A stretch of 63,807 nt of DNA, the filler included, from Chrysochromulina tobinii (taxonomy: Eukaryota), in NCBI GenBank assembly GCA_001275005.1. It is 7 parts of 7 records of this genome, joined end to end, with 100 filler letters (N's around TTAATTAATTAA, not from the genome) between each part and the next. Parts side by side here need not be neighbours in the genome. Positions count along the whole stretch, not along the records: positions 36,109 to 51,398 come from JWZX01000965.1; positions 51,499 to 56,775 come from JWZX01000966.1; 5 more parts are not named here. One strand, given 5' to 3'. Shown here one piece after another: positions 46,901 to 56,320 of this stretch. Under the pieces are notes generated by a model. That model was given only the letters and a program-made list of their open reading frames with translations, had not been told where the DNA came from and searched no databases. The translations under genes and the position numbers were made by a program. Within the stretch, counting starts at the first letter, position 1. Every line of letters starts with the position of its first letter.

Positions 46901-48633
46901 GCAATGGCATGCTGTACTTTGACGGCCGTGAGTGGAAGCTCAACACAATCGACTCGATGGGCGGCGTTCTATATATGGGTCTCGGGCGGCCTTCCGTCGA
47001 CTCTGGCGTTCCAAATATGGGTTTGACCTCCCGTCGCCCTCCGCAGCTCCACGTGCCCTCCGACAGTGCCGAGGAGGAGCCCTCTTCACAGAGACTCTTC
47101 ACAGGCCAGCGGTCCGAGGAGGAGCCCTCTTCACAGAGACTCTTCACAGGCCAGCGGTCCGAGGAGGCGCCCTCTTCACAGAGACTCTTCACAGGCCAGC
47201 GGTCCGAGGAGGCGCCCTTTGTGCCCGAGGAGGAAGATGAAGGCGCCGAGGCGTATGCAGGGGGCGCGAGACTGACGCAGGGGGATGGTCTGATGATGGC
47301 CAAGGCTCGACGCAGGTCTCCCGCCATCCCAACGGCCTCCTTGGGGCAGCACCAGTCGCTCGAGGCCGAGGCGGTTCAGCCGGCCAAGGAGGCGAGATCA
47401 CCCCGAGATCACCCCGAGATTGCCCCGGAAGTGGTCAAGGAGGCGAGATTGTCCCGAGATCACCCCGAGATTACCCCGAGAGTGGTCAAGGAGGCCGAGG
47501 CGGTTCAGCCGGCCAAGGCAAAGGTGGGTGCCCGCCTCGAGGCTGTAGAGGCTGTAGACCACGTCGACTACGAGGGGCAGACTGTCCGTCGTTCAGCCCT
47601 CGGGTTCGTCAACGGCTCTACAAGGCTGCTGCCCGCGTCGACAGCGGAGCAAAGGATCGCGCGCGCCGCTGAGCTCGAGGCTGAGATGCACTACCTCGAG
47701 GCAGCTTTGGCGGCCGCTCAGCACGGCGCCCGTCGCCAGTCGCTTGAGGCCGAGATGGTCCAAGCGGCCAAGGAGGCGAGATCACCCCGAGATCACCCCG
47801 AGATCACCCCGAGATCACCCCGAGATCACCCCGAGATGGTCCAAGCGGCCAAGGAGGCCGATGAGCGCATCAGGCTGATTGAGGAGCAGTGCCGAAGGAA
47901 GCTGGACTCCCTGATGCGGCAGCAAAACGTCCTCGACACGATGCAGCGGAACGTCTGGAGGACCCAAGCGGACGCCATGAAGGTTCTAGAGGTGTTTGTG
48001 CGCCGTTGGCGGGCTCGACGAGCTCGTACCGGTACCATCCGAGACCATCCTGACAGCAAGGTCGAGCAGCCAGTGCACAAGGGCCATCTCGACGGCTTCG
48101 TGGCGCAGATCCAGGCTCTCGCCACAGCAGTCGGCAGCTTCTTGGCGCACGCCCAGGCTGCCGTCCCAGCTGTTGGCGGTCTCCAACATCTCCCAAATCT
48201 CGTGGCCCAGATGCACGCTGCCGTCCCAGCTGTTGGCGGTCTCCAACATCTCCCAAATCTCGTGGCCCAGATGCACGCTGGGACGGTGCTGAAGGCGGGG
48301 ACCGTCGACGACAAGTCAGCTGTCCCGAGGGCAGGTGCAGTCGTCGGCACAAGTGTGGTGGCCTGGTCGGTACCGTCGCCGCCGCCGCCCGACCGTGACA
48401 ATCTGCTCGATCGCGAACGGCGTAAGTGGGCAGAGGCAAGCCATGGCATGCGAGTGCTCAGTACGGCGCCGCTGCCCGACCGTAACAATCTGCTCGATCG
48501 CGAACGGCGCAGGTGGGCAGCGGTAACCCTGAAGGCACAGGGCGGACTGAGGCTCGACCTGGAGGGTCTCAACGCCTTCGAGGCCATGACGGCCACGATG
48601 AAGGAGCTGGGCTGCGAATCGGGCGAGGAGTAG
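43951..48633 (+). CDS. large low-complexity protein with an RGS-like domain, IQ-like motifs and internal repeats; probably contains several in-frame cryptic introns
   Basis: SLEAVLTRDDGLAAMRAF..EALEGWL..VLRRDVWPRFELS, ARRIQKQAQANLARR, four DNLLDRERxKWA-like repeats, and 45-nt and 60-nt tandem repeats. Confidence 0.55.
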   Translation: MRRLLPWGHRREPPAQLTVPNIATDEPAMVWRPEPAGLSFSKAAGGGGGKPLPGTFKPGRSEAERASPVSFEDDSDDFEYSLAVEPRKPLPLAPPPLPSVPAGGVLKRQPTRSERPDPAAATFADRAAGFSGGAGQPAALDEPLDQGDEEEDEDVDEDEDEDVDEDEDEDVDEDEEESGDDEEAAAVQQRLLAFLVNGPPSPEQWRLEGGHSDGFIAGAQQRQATSGAHVALKTAAAPPLARSMHAGAGRSWSLEAVLTRDDGLAAMRAFISARGKGEIGTPVSSNGTPVPDYSPFDETGVPFDEAAAHEALEGWLQARQLHDNARRAKTYEVLRRDVWPRFELSRYGMYLEAIWLAAAVDEHAKSWPARRKLRALLMSGLLAAAAGGGDGTDGGADTHVSSAEKSEALLLAIAVVSSAAPLLDSARDGAARSAFLKSKSVGRQARVVKEARLPRDCPEITPRVVKEASAAAAAGARVAEASATRVAEAGAGLDRRQRRQKRREETRAALHAEWELRHGPLSSQPLSSSAHGVARDQLLSDVARQARVAATAARLGDRHAKDASGHVQHLKKMWESASELPVRRQQSVVDELVALRAAEEALEDEVRRSRDVDVSWRVRALIGQRGKGNVTAGAQGGDGGDEDRPRSSAALHLLRPKLREMIQFWKHSPYWHGTSNSYAHPEYEQRRKAYHDILAAARERREQALAQLALQRRLRLSQIHAEALRFHKLGLRPTDRSSATAMEHAAAARRLAPGDHGEIRVRSKYGVPSKYGMPSWRDGGGPDTCRGTKDRPPRKLKRSPPKKMPTKALSAAELAKKSAKAARAAATQARAALESAAARRIQKQAQANLARRRRGAADEAVGTLWGNETAVGTRKPPCANEALVAIIHIWVDSTAWLADTWSHVEAETHLWKVRVNERLSLLQPAPAATKPLRALPAPDPDNLLDRERRKWAEASHGMQVLSTAPAPDPDNLLDRERLKWAEASNGMLYFDGREWKLNTIDSMGGVLYMGLGRPSVDSGVPNMGLTSRRPPQLHVPSDSAEEEPSSQRLFTGQRSEEEPSSQRLFTGQRSEEAPSSQRLFTGQRSEEAPFVPEEEDEGAEAYAGGARLTQGDGLMMAKARRRSPAIPTASLGQHQSLEAEAVQPAKEARSPRDHPEIAPEVVKEARLSRDHPEITPRVVKEAEAVQPAKAKVGARLEAVEAVDHVDYEGQTVRRSALGFVNGSTRLLPASTAEQRIARAAELEAEMHYLEAALAAAQHGARRQSLEAEMVQAAKEARSPRDHPEITPRSPRDHPEMVQAAKEADERIRLIEEQCRRKLDSLMRQQNVLDTMQRNVWRTQADAMKVLEVFVRRWRARRARTGTIRDHPDSKVEQPVHKGHLDGFVAQIQALATAVGSFLAHAQAAVPAVGGLQHLPNLVAQMHAAVPAVGGLQHLPNLVAQMHAGTVLKAGTVDDKSAVPRAGAVVGTSVVAWSVPSPPPPDRDNLLDRERRKWAEASHGMRVLSTAPLPDRNNLLDRERRRWAAVTLKAQGGLRLDLEGLNAFEAMTATMKELGCESGEE

Positions 48634-48990
48634 TCCGGGATCCCCATTCCCGGAGATGCGAGATCATCAGCTGATACAAAGGTTCAAGGTTGCACATTGA
48701 TGCGACGCGGTTAGTGGTTACGGAGTCCGAGATTACACCAACGTTGAAAGTAGAGAGCTAGAGACTAATAGTCCGGTCATTAGTGATAGTGTAGATCAAA
48801 TTTCCGCCGGGACTGCGGATCGAGGCTGTTTTTTTCTGTATCGTGTATGCGTAGTACGCGTTAAAGTACGCGTGACGGTGTCCATGACGGTCCCCGCGCC
48901 GGAGTGCGTACACGCCGGCTCGGTCGTGAGCCTCGCCGGCTGGGTGTCGAGTCGGTCTCCTGGTGAGTCGAGTACACTGTGACTAGTATG

Positions 48991-50887
48991 TCACATACCC
49001 GTAGAATAGCGAACGCGAATGGCTCTCAGACGTTCCTCAGCCTCGAGGAGGGCAGCGGCTTCGCGCTCCTTGCGCTCCTTCAAAGTTGCGCCAGCCTTCC
49101 CTCGTCGCGCCAGCCTCGCACTCTGACTCCGCCGAGGAGCCGCCGACGGGCTGGCCGCCACCAACCCTTCCATCCAAGCCGTGCGGCTGAAGCCCGCCAC
49201 CAGCAGTCGCTCTGTGGCCGAAACGTCTCGGCAGCCTCCTTGTGGCTTGGCAATACTCGAGGAGCAGCAGCTCCTTCGGATCGTCGGCGTGCTGCTGCTC
49301 GAGACGGCGCTGCATGCACCTGCACCCAGCCCAGCCGAGGCATGCGAGTCGGTGCCCAACACAACGCGTCGGTCCTGCGCGTCGTCTTCCGTCGATGCGT
49401 TGTGGGTGGCGTCTGACGAACCTGACGAACCTGACGGACCTTGGGGTGTGGATGCGTTGTGGGTGGCGTCTCGCTCGGCGGCGGCTCCACTGCTGCGCTC
49501 AGGGCCGGGGCTGTGTTTCATCAGGTTCGTCAGGTTCGTTTGCTTCTCGCTGCCCGAAGCGGCCATCTGTGGCACCCCAAGGCTCGTCAGGTTCGTCAGG
49601 TTCGTCAGGTTCGTCAGGTTCGTCAGGTTCGTCTGTGGCACCCCAAGGCGAAAGAGACCGCCGCCCGAGCTCAACAGGCCGCTCTCAAAAAAGGCACGTG
49701 CCAAGCCCGAGGTGGGCTTGTTGAAGATGGCGACGAATTCGTCAAAGTCGAGCACGCCGTTCCCATCCGCGTCCACCTCGGCCAGCAGCGCCTGAGCATC
49801 CGCCCCTTGGACCCGCATCTCCTTGAGGATCTTGTCAAGCTCGTGCACCTCGATCGCGCCTGGTCACCAACGAGAGAAGCTAATGCTCCTCAGTGGTCAT
49901 CCGTGGCAATCAGTGGCCATCAGTGGCCATCCGTGGCCATCAGTGGCCATCAGTGGCCATCAGTGGCCATCAGAGGCCATCACCGGAGCCGTCGTAGTCG
50001 AACGCGTCGAAGACGGCACGCAAACGCTTCGTGGAGCGAGGGGCGCGCTTCTTCTCAAAGAGGGGCCCCTCGCTGAAGTTGCTCCAATTGTCATCGTCGT
50101 CGCCGCCGCCGCCGCCCGCCTCCATCGCCTCGCGCATGATTTGTTCGAGAACGTCGTTCGCGTGCAGTTCGCGCTCGATCCAAGCCCGCTTCGAGAGGGT
50201 TTGCGACATGCGTTGGTTGAGCATCAGGTCGGGGTGCAGCGCGCCTGGTTGAGGAGCAGCGGCGGCGCGCTCTCTGCAGCGTGCGGGCGATGCCGGCCAC
50301 TTAGCGATGGCGTTGCTCTTCGGCAAGGAGGAGGCGTTTGTCGAGCTCCGTTGGGCTGCCATCGCATCCAACTTGCAGGCGGCGGCGGCGGCTGCGGCTG
50401 CTGTTCGCACCGCTCGTTGACTCTCCCTTGCCTCTTCTCTCTTGACCGTCTCGATGGGCGTCGAACCAATGCTCAGGCGGTAATGGCCGTGCTGGGCTCG
50501 CCTCGCGAGGAATCTCTCCTTGCTGCGTAGAGCGCCTTGGCGAACGAGTAATCGCAGGCTCTCGAGCTCCTCGTCGCTCGCCACGTGAGCGTGAGCGGCC
50601 ACGACGGCAGCCGAGCGCAGTGTTCGCGTGGTCTGCACACGCGTCGCAGAGGATGCATATACATCGCATATACTGCTGGCGATGCCCGGGCTAGAGCCCG
50701 TCTCACTATTGTCATGCACGCGTGGGGACTGAAGCCGTTTGGGCTTCGGCAGCCGCACGGTGCGCTGGGGCGATGTGACTCCGGGCACTTTTGTCATCAC
50801 ATATGAGTGCGTGGGCTGCTTTCTGAGGTGGCACGCTCCCACGGCAGCGCCTTTGGAGGGACTGCCGGACATAGACGACATAGGCAT
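48991..50887 (-). CDS. EF-hand pair (calmodulin-like lobe) protein; complement(join(48991..49859,49984..50887))
   Basis: Splicing 49860-49983 rebuilds DYDGSGAIEVHEL. The second loop is DADGNGVLDFDEF. Confidence 0.8.
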
Positions 50888-51073
50888 CGATGGGACTACA
50901 ACTTTGTTCCAATCTGTCACACGAAAATTGCTCTATGAATACAGTGAAAGGATGGACTGCGAAACGAACCAGAATCATCCATCTCTTCCGGCGGAGATGT
51001 GGTTACATTTCCGGTGTGATCTCGCGTTCTGAGCTCGGTCTCGAGAACTCGAGGACGATTTTTCCACATTACC

Positions 51074-51398
51074 ATGGGACGTGGCCTGCTCCTTCTGATC
51101 TCGCTCGCGCGGGTGGCGAGCGCCTTCGTTGGCAGTTCCGCTGCGGCCGTGCCGACGGGCTCGCGTGCCGCCGTCTCCATGAAGGTGTACGATTGGAAGA
51201 CCCGCGGCTCCCCCACTCCCGTGCTGGAGGAGCTCAACCTGTCCAACCTGAAAGTCTCGCCCGGCTCGCACAAGGCAAAGACGCGCAAGGGTCGGGGCAT
51301 CTCGGCAGGCCAGGGGGCGACGTGCGGCTTCGGCACTCGCGGTCAGAACACGCGCAAGGGCCCCGGCATTCGCCCGGGCTTTGAGGGCGGTCAGATGC
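51074..51398 (+). CDS. rpl15: plastid ribosomal protein uL15c (partial, cut by contig end)
   Basis: Signal peptide ending VASA-F, then [28 protein letters not shown]. Confidence 0.93.
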
Positions 51399-51498
51399 NN
51401 NNNNNNNNNNNNNNNNNNNNNNNNNNNNNNNNNNNNNNNNNNTTAATTAATTAANNNNNNNNNNNNNNNNNNNNNNNNNNNNNNNNNNNNNNNNNNNN
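51399..51498. other. artificial contig linker
   Basis: N44-TTAATTAATTAA-N44. Confidence 0.98.
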
Positions 51499-51539
51499 CC
51501 CCCCTCCCGACACATCGAACCCCCCTTTTCCGTAGGGGA

Positions 51540-52243
51540 AGTTCGGGAGGTTGTGGAAAAACCATCCACCCTGGGGAGGATTTTCCAATGCGTTTCACGG
51601 CCCGCCCCCGGATGGGGGGGCGTCGCGCCGTAGGGCGACGGTGTCGTGGTGGTCCTCGTCGTGACCGACCCCTTAGGGGGAGCCGGCCGCGCCCACCCCC
51701 TGAGGGGGAGGGCGGTGACGAGATTGGGTTCTTTAGGGATTTGTGTGTGTGTATTTGTAAGAAAGAGGTGTGTGTCAGTATTGACTTGACTTGTTTTTAC
51801 TGGGAGGTGTTTGGGCTTTCTTTTGGGAGCTTTCTTCTTTTGGGAACTTTCTTTTCTCTTTCTTTCTTCTTTGCTTGCGTGACGACGGGTGATGATGGAA
51901 AACAGGCCATCTGAGTGGAGCTCGAGCGTGCGCTGGTGGGGGTCCCTGAGGAGAGTCGCGGAGCGGCGAGCGTCATTGGGAATCTGCTGAGAGAGGTCGT
52001 TTGAGGTCTATAGCCGGAAGGAGCGAGTCTCCCACGCAGCATCTTCAGGGAGCGCCGAGGCACTATGAAGTAGGATTGAGAGATAGAGAGCGCGCGCATC
52101 GCGGAGATGGTGATGAGGGCCGTGATGGGAATCGATCTTGGGTCTGCCAGGCTAGTTAGTGGGAGGCCGGGCGGGCTGGGGGGTCGCGCGAGCTTGTGAG
52201 GGCGAGCTGGGCCCGCGCTGGCGGGCGGGTTCGAGCGTAGATG
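51540..52243 (-). mobile_element. dispersed repeat / probable retroelement fragment
   Basis: 51540-51730 is the reverse complement of 62208-62415, and 52198-52243 is the exact reverse complement of 22274-22319. The minus strand is A/C-rich, like the nearby LINE fragments. Confidence 0.6.
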
Positions 52244-52492
52244 AGGAAGGTCTCTAGGACCATAAGAAACCCAAAAAGGGCTTGAATCGCGCCTACCGTA
52301 CGTTACGAAACAACACCGGACTGTGAACTACGTTCGGACGTTTTCGCAGGTTTTTTCGAAGCCGTAAGGCCACGATGCGCCTTGCTCTTCCCGTTCTCCA
52401 GATTTATTTTTTATAAACGGGCAAAAAAAGACACCCCAAGAGACCTCGAGAGCGTGCGACAAAAGCGAGCGACATGCTTTTGCGAATGAACA

Positions 52493-54055
52493 ATGCCGCC
52501 TGATCGCGCAACACGTTCTTATGTTGATAAGCTATACACTGAACCTGGGTCTACTGCTCCGCAATGTTTATTCACTCGCCAACCTCTTTATCATGGCAGC
52601 TCTGATTCAACGTTTCAATATTGCCACTGGATTCCAAAAAATCTTGAGACAAAAGTCTCAATAAGCGGACTGCAGCTTGATAATAATGCGGCCAATTTTT
52701 TCCCGACGATCAAACTTATTGAGCAAAACGTTGAGTTGCACCAACGCGCTCCAAATCTCTCCTTGAAATTTCAATCGGCACACAACGACACATTTGACCG
52801 CTATCAAGTTCAGATAAGTCCTCACGTGCCTTTAAGCCATATTCTGCGGCAAGTGACACATGGTGTGAGTAATGCCAGCAACCAGTTGGTGCTTGTTCCA
52901 ACGATTTCTCGGCCTTTTGTCGAGCTTCACTTTCGCGTCTTTTGCGAGCACCACGGCATCAAAAATGATGGATGGATCATAACTCCGACCAGTTTCCCAA
53001 CCTTTGACAAACTTGTCGCTGAGGCACTCTTCAGTCTCATCATGCTCAACAGTCCACTCGTAGCGGATGCGAAGAAAGGCACGCGCAAGCCGAAAGCAGC
53101 TTGGACGTTCCAAGCGCCTGAAATCAAGGTAACCAACCCAATTTATCCCGCACGTCAGCTGACTATGAAGCAAGCAAAAGAACTCGTCCACACAACAATC
53201 CGACTGTCATCGAAGATGTTCCCCGGATGGAACGAACCGGAGCATTTTATGAATGTTTACGTGGTCCGACACGACTCGAAGAAGCGGGCCTTCGAATTTG
53301 CTTTCCCAGACGACACTGAGCCCTCAGTCTTTCTGCGTTTCAAAGAGGAATCGGAATACACAGGTAAGACCGCGATGGGTCTCGGCGTACAAGTTTACAA
53401 GGGACAGAAAGAGTCGAACATAGTCACATTTGGCGACCCGGATTTTGTGAAGGGCCTTGAGCTCGAATTCGTGCGCGACCGCAAGAAACAAAAACCACCG
53501 AAGTCACCTCGTGCTCGAGCGCAGTCGCCAGCGGGATTGGCAACGAGCTTTGAAGTCACAGGAGCCTCAACTACGTGCAATCCTGGCGTTGCGTTGATCA
53601 GTTCACAGATTCGTGCTGCTGTTGATGAGGTGCCAGCTGGCTTTCGCGCTTCAGGTAAGATACTCATTTTGTTGAGCACAGGCTGGAAAAACGGAACCAT
53701 TTTCAACCTTGAAACAGGCACCATCAAAGTGAATTATGACAATGGAGAACAGCGATCTCACAAGTTCGATGAGATCATCGAATACAAATTAATTGCTGAG
53801 GCTCTCGTTCATCAAGAAGCTTCTCACGAGAACGAATGGCTCTGTGTTCAGTGCCAGATCTGGCACTCAATTCTCCAAGGTCCCAAGGACAAGGTCTGCT
53901 GCTCAAATTGCAAGAGGACGGTTCGCACAATCGGCATGCTTTTCTCTGAGCAGCGCCACATTCGCCAGCGCAACAGAAGTGCGCATTTGCATCCGACGGA
54001 GTCAGTACCAGCTTGGAGGAACAGGCTACTGTACAATGAGTCAGTGGTGGCTTGA
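52493..54055 (+). CDS. intronless, compositionally atypical (AT-richer) protein; possible degenerate HNH-like N-terminus, Tudor-like segment and C-terminal Zn ribbon
   Basis: QCLFT..FQYCHWIP..DNNAANFF, GWKNGTI..IKVNYDNGE and CVQC..CSNC. Confidence 0.55.
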   Translation: MPPDRATRSYVDKLYTEPGSTAPQCLFTRQPLYHGSSDSTFQYCHWIPKNLETKVSISGLQLDNNAANFFPTIKLIEQNVELHQRAPNLSLKFQSAHNDTFDRYQVQISPHVPLSHILRQVTHGVSNASNQLVLVPTISRPFVELHFRVFCEHHGIKNDGWIITPTSFPTFDKLVAEALFSLIMLNSPLVADAKKGTRKPKAAWTFQAPEIKVTNPIYPARQLTMKQAKELVHTTIRLSSKMFPGWNEPEHFMNVYVVRHDSKKRAFEFAFPDDTEPSVFLRFKEESEYTGKTAMGLGVQVYKGQKESNIVTFGDPDFVKGLELEFVRDRKKQKPPKSPRARAQSPAGLATSFEVTGASTTCNPGVALISSQIRAAVDEVPAGFRASGKILILLSTGWKNGTIFNLETGTIKVNYDNGEQRSHKFDEIIEYKLIAEALVHQEASHENEWLCVQCQIWHSILQGPKDKVCCSNCKRTVRTIGMLFSEQRHIRQRNRSAHLHPTESVPAWRNRLLYNESVVA

Positions 54056-54785
54056 CTATTGGTCTTTGTTATCGAGATCCGGGCGCGCGGTGGCTCACGA
54101 CGAGGAGCATTTAGGGCTGACCTTCATTTTTCTGCTCGCGGAAAATGGCGACCTGGGTAGCCTCTGGAATTTGTCGTTTCGGGGAAGGGTCGGGAAGGTA
54201 GCGGGGGCGTCAGTGAGCGAGTTCGTTACACACGCGGGCCGTTTAGTAATTATTCGATGTCGGCCATGTCCACGTGACGGACGTGTTGCACGCCGGCGTG
54301 AAACGAGATCCGACAAACTTTTCGACTCGAGCAATGCGGGACCCCACTCGACTTTTTCTCGCGGCCGCGCCGCGTTCAGATGCGTCAGAGTCATATTGAA
54401 GGTGAGCGTCCCGGACCTTGACGACTCATCCTTCGCCCCACTCTTCTGCACAACGCCTTCAGCTGCCTCGCATGCACCGTACCCTCGAAGTCCTGTGGCA
54501 ACACGGCGGCCTCGCTGTCTAGGCTGTCCACTCTTTCCAGAGTGGCCGCAGTGGAGTGCTTGCTGCCTTCTCATTCTTTCACACTCTTGCCCTGTGAGCA
54601 CCCCTCATGTGCACCACGAGCCCTACTTATTGCGGCCACGCTTGGATGCGCGCTGGGACGGCGCCTGGGGCGGCTTTTTCGCTGCCTTTCTTGCCTTGTT
54701 AGGTGCCTGAGCACCCTTGCCTCCCTTCTGCTTCTTGGGTGGGGGCTCTTCTTCTTGTTCTTGTTCTTCCTCTTCTTCGTCGTCC

Positions 54786-55130
54786 CCACTGAGCTCCGTC
54801 CTCTTCCTTTGCATCACCGAAGCACTCACACGCCTCGTACAACACGACCCGAACATCATCGGCGTCGAAACCAAAGGCGTACGCCACAAAATCTCCCAAT
54901 TCGCCGACGACACGACCCTCATCGCCAAACCACCGGACCTCCCACACATGCAAAAACACCTCGACACATGGTGCGAAGCCACAGGCATGAAAGAGAACAT
55001 GAACAAACGAGAGGGCCTCCTCTTAGGCAGACTGCGTAGACTTATATTCTCAGCACCTAAAAACATCGTCCCAAACTGGACCCCAGACGGCACCCCAATC
55101 CGCGCACTCGGCGTCCCCATGTGGGCAACC
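54786..55130 (+). mobile_element. L1/Tx1-like non-LTR retrotransposon reverse transcriptase fragment
   Basis: PLSSVLFLCITEAL, ISQFADDT, WCEATGMKENMNK and IRALGVPM. Confidence 0.85.
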
Positions 55131-55149
55131 CTTCCCCACAGGGGGAGAG

Positions 55150-55862
55150 TGAGACCACGCGTGTGCGCCGTCGATGACGTCATAGATTCTTTGGAGCCCG
55201 ATGAATTTCATCCATCGTTTGGCGACGTCTTCATCGATGTCGATGGAGAATCGCCAGTTGTCGAAAATGGGTTCGCTCTGGACGGTGTGCGTGAGTTTTG
55301 TGGTGTCTTGTTTGAGTTGAAGACTGTAGAAGGTTTTAAGACAGCGACGGAGGTACCGGGCTCTTGTTGGTACGTTTCCTAGGTATGGGTTTCCTTTTGC
55401 GAGGATTGCGCCGCGTCCGTAGCATGTGTCGGTGAGCCAGAGGTCGGCGACCTGTTTCCAGGGTTGATTTCCGGGCTCGATGTATCGGCGGATCCATTGT
55501 GTGTAGTATGCGAGGGCGTGGGAGCGAAAGTGCATGACACCTCCGCCGCCTTGCTTCTGCGGGAGGTAGGAGGCCGCCTTGTGTATGTATGCGCGTGAGT
55601 TGGCTGACGTGCCGTCTTCATTGGAGAAGATCTCGGGTTGTTGGGCCCATAGGATGTTGTACGAGTCTTCTTCGAGCGCGTTGAGGATGCTCTCCGGCAT
55701 GATGAGGGAGAAGAGCCAGTATCTAAGCGATCCGTAGAGGATTGCTTGAAGGAGGAGGTTGCGTCCTGTGATGGTGAGGTGGGCGAGTGATTTCCACGCG
55801 GCGATGCGTGTTTTGACTAGGCGGTATCGTTTGTGCCACCAGTCTTCTTCGTCGAGTCGGTG
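55150..55862 (-). mobile_element. post-RT region of the same LINE ORF2, in inverted orientation
   Basis: WWHKRYRLVKTRIAAWKSLAHLTITGRNLLLQAILYGSLRY..YLPQKQGGGGV..WIRRYI..WKQ. Confidence 0.8.
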
Positions 55863-56179
55863 GTGACGTTTGGTTAAGTTGTGTTCTGGTGTGTGGGTGT
55901 TGAGTATGGGGTTCTGTTTGGAGTGACTGGTGGGGTGATTAGTGGGGTGTTGGGGGGTGGGTGTTTGGTGCGGGAGGTTGGGTGCCTAGTACACGCCATA
56001 TCTCCAGCAGGTCAACTCGCCGCACTTGACGGCAGACGCGAACGCGTCAAGCTCACGTCTCAATTATCACGTGGGGCGGGCTCTGGTACTCAGTAGAGCC
56101 CCCCCACGTCGCTCGACGACGAGAACCGGCCGCGTTGGGTCGTTCTCGACCGCGGCGAGGTGTGTCTTTTGAGTTCCGT

Positions 56180-56320
56180 CCAAGCCCAGTTGCACGTCTC
56201 GGCGCAGATGGGCGGAGGAGGCGGGAAGCGCGGGCCGCAGTCGGCGCAGTCTGTGCCGTAGATGCAGTCTGCGAATTCGGTGCCGGGCCGCCGTCGTCGC
56301 AGAGGGAGTCGGAGGTGTAG
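56180..56320 (-). pseudogene. frameshifted fragment of a Cys-rich CDDGGPG..C..GTDC.DCGPR module
   Basis: SDSLCDDGGP in one frame continues as GTEFADCIYGTDCADCGPRFPPPPPICAETC in another (1-nt deletion). Confidence 0.55.
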
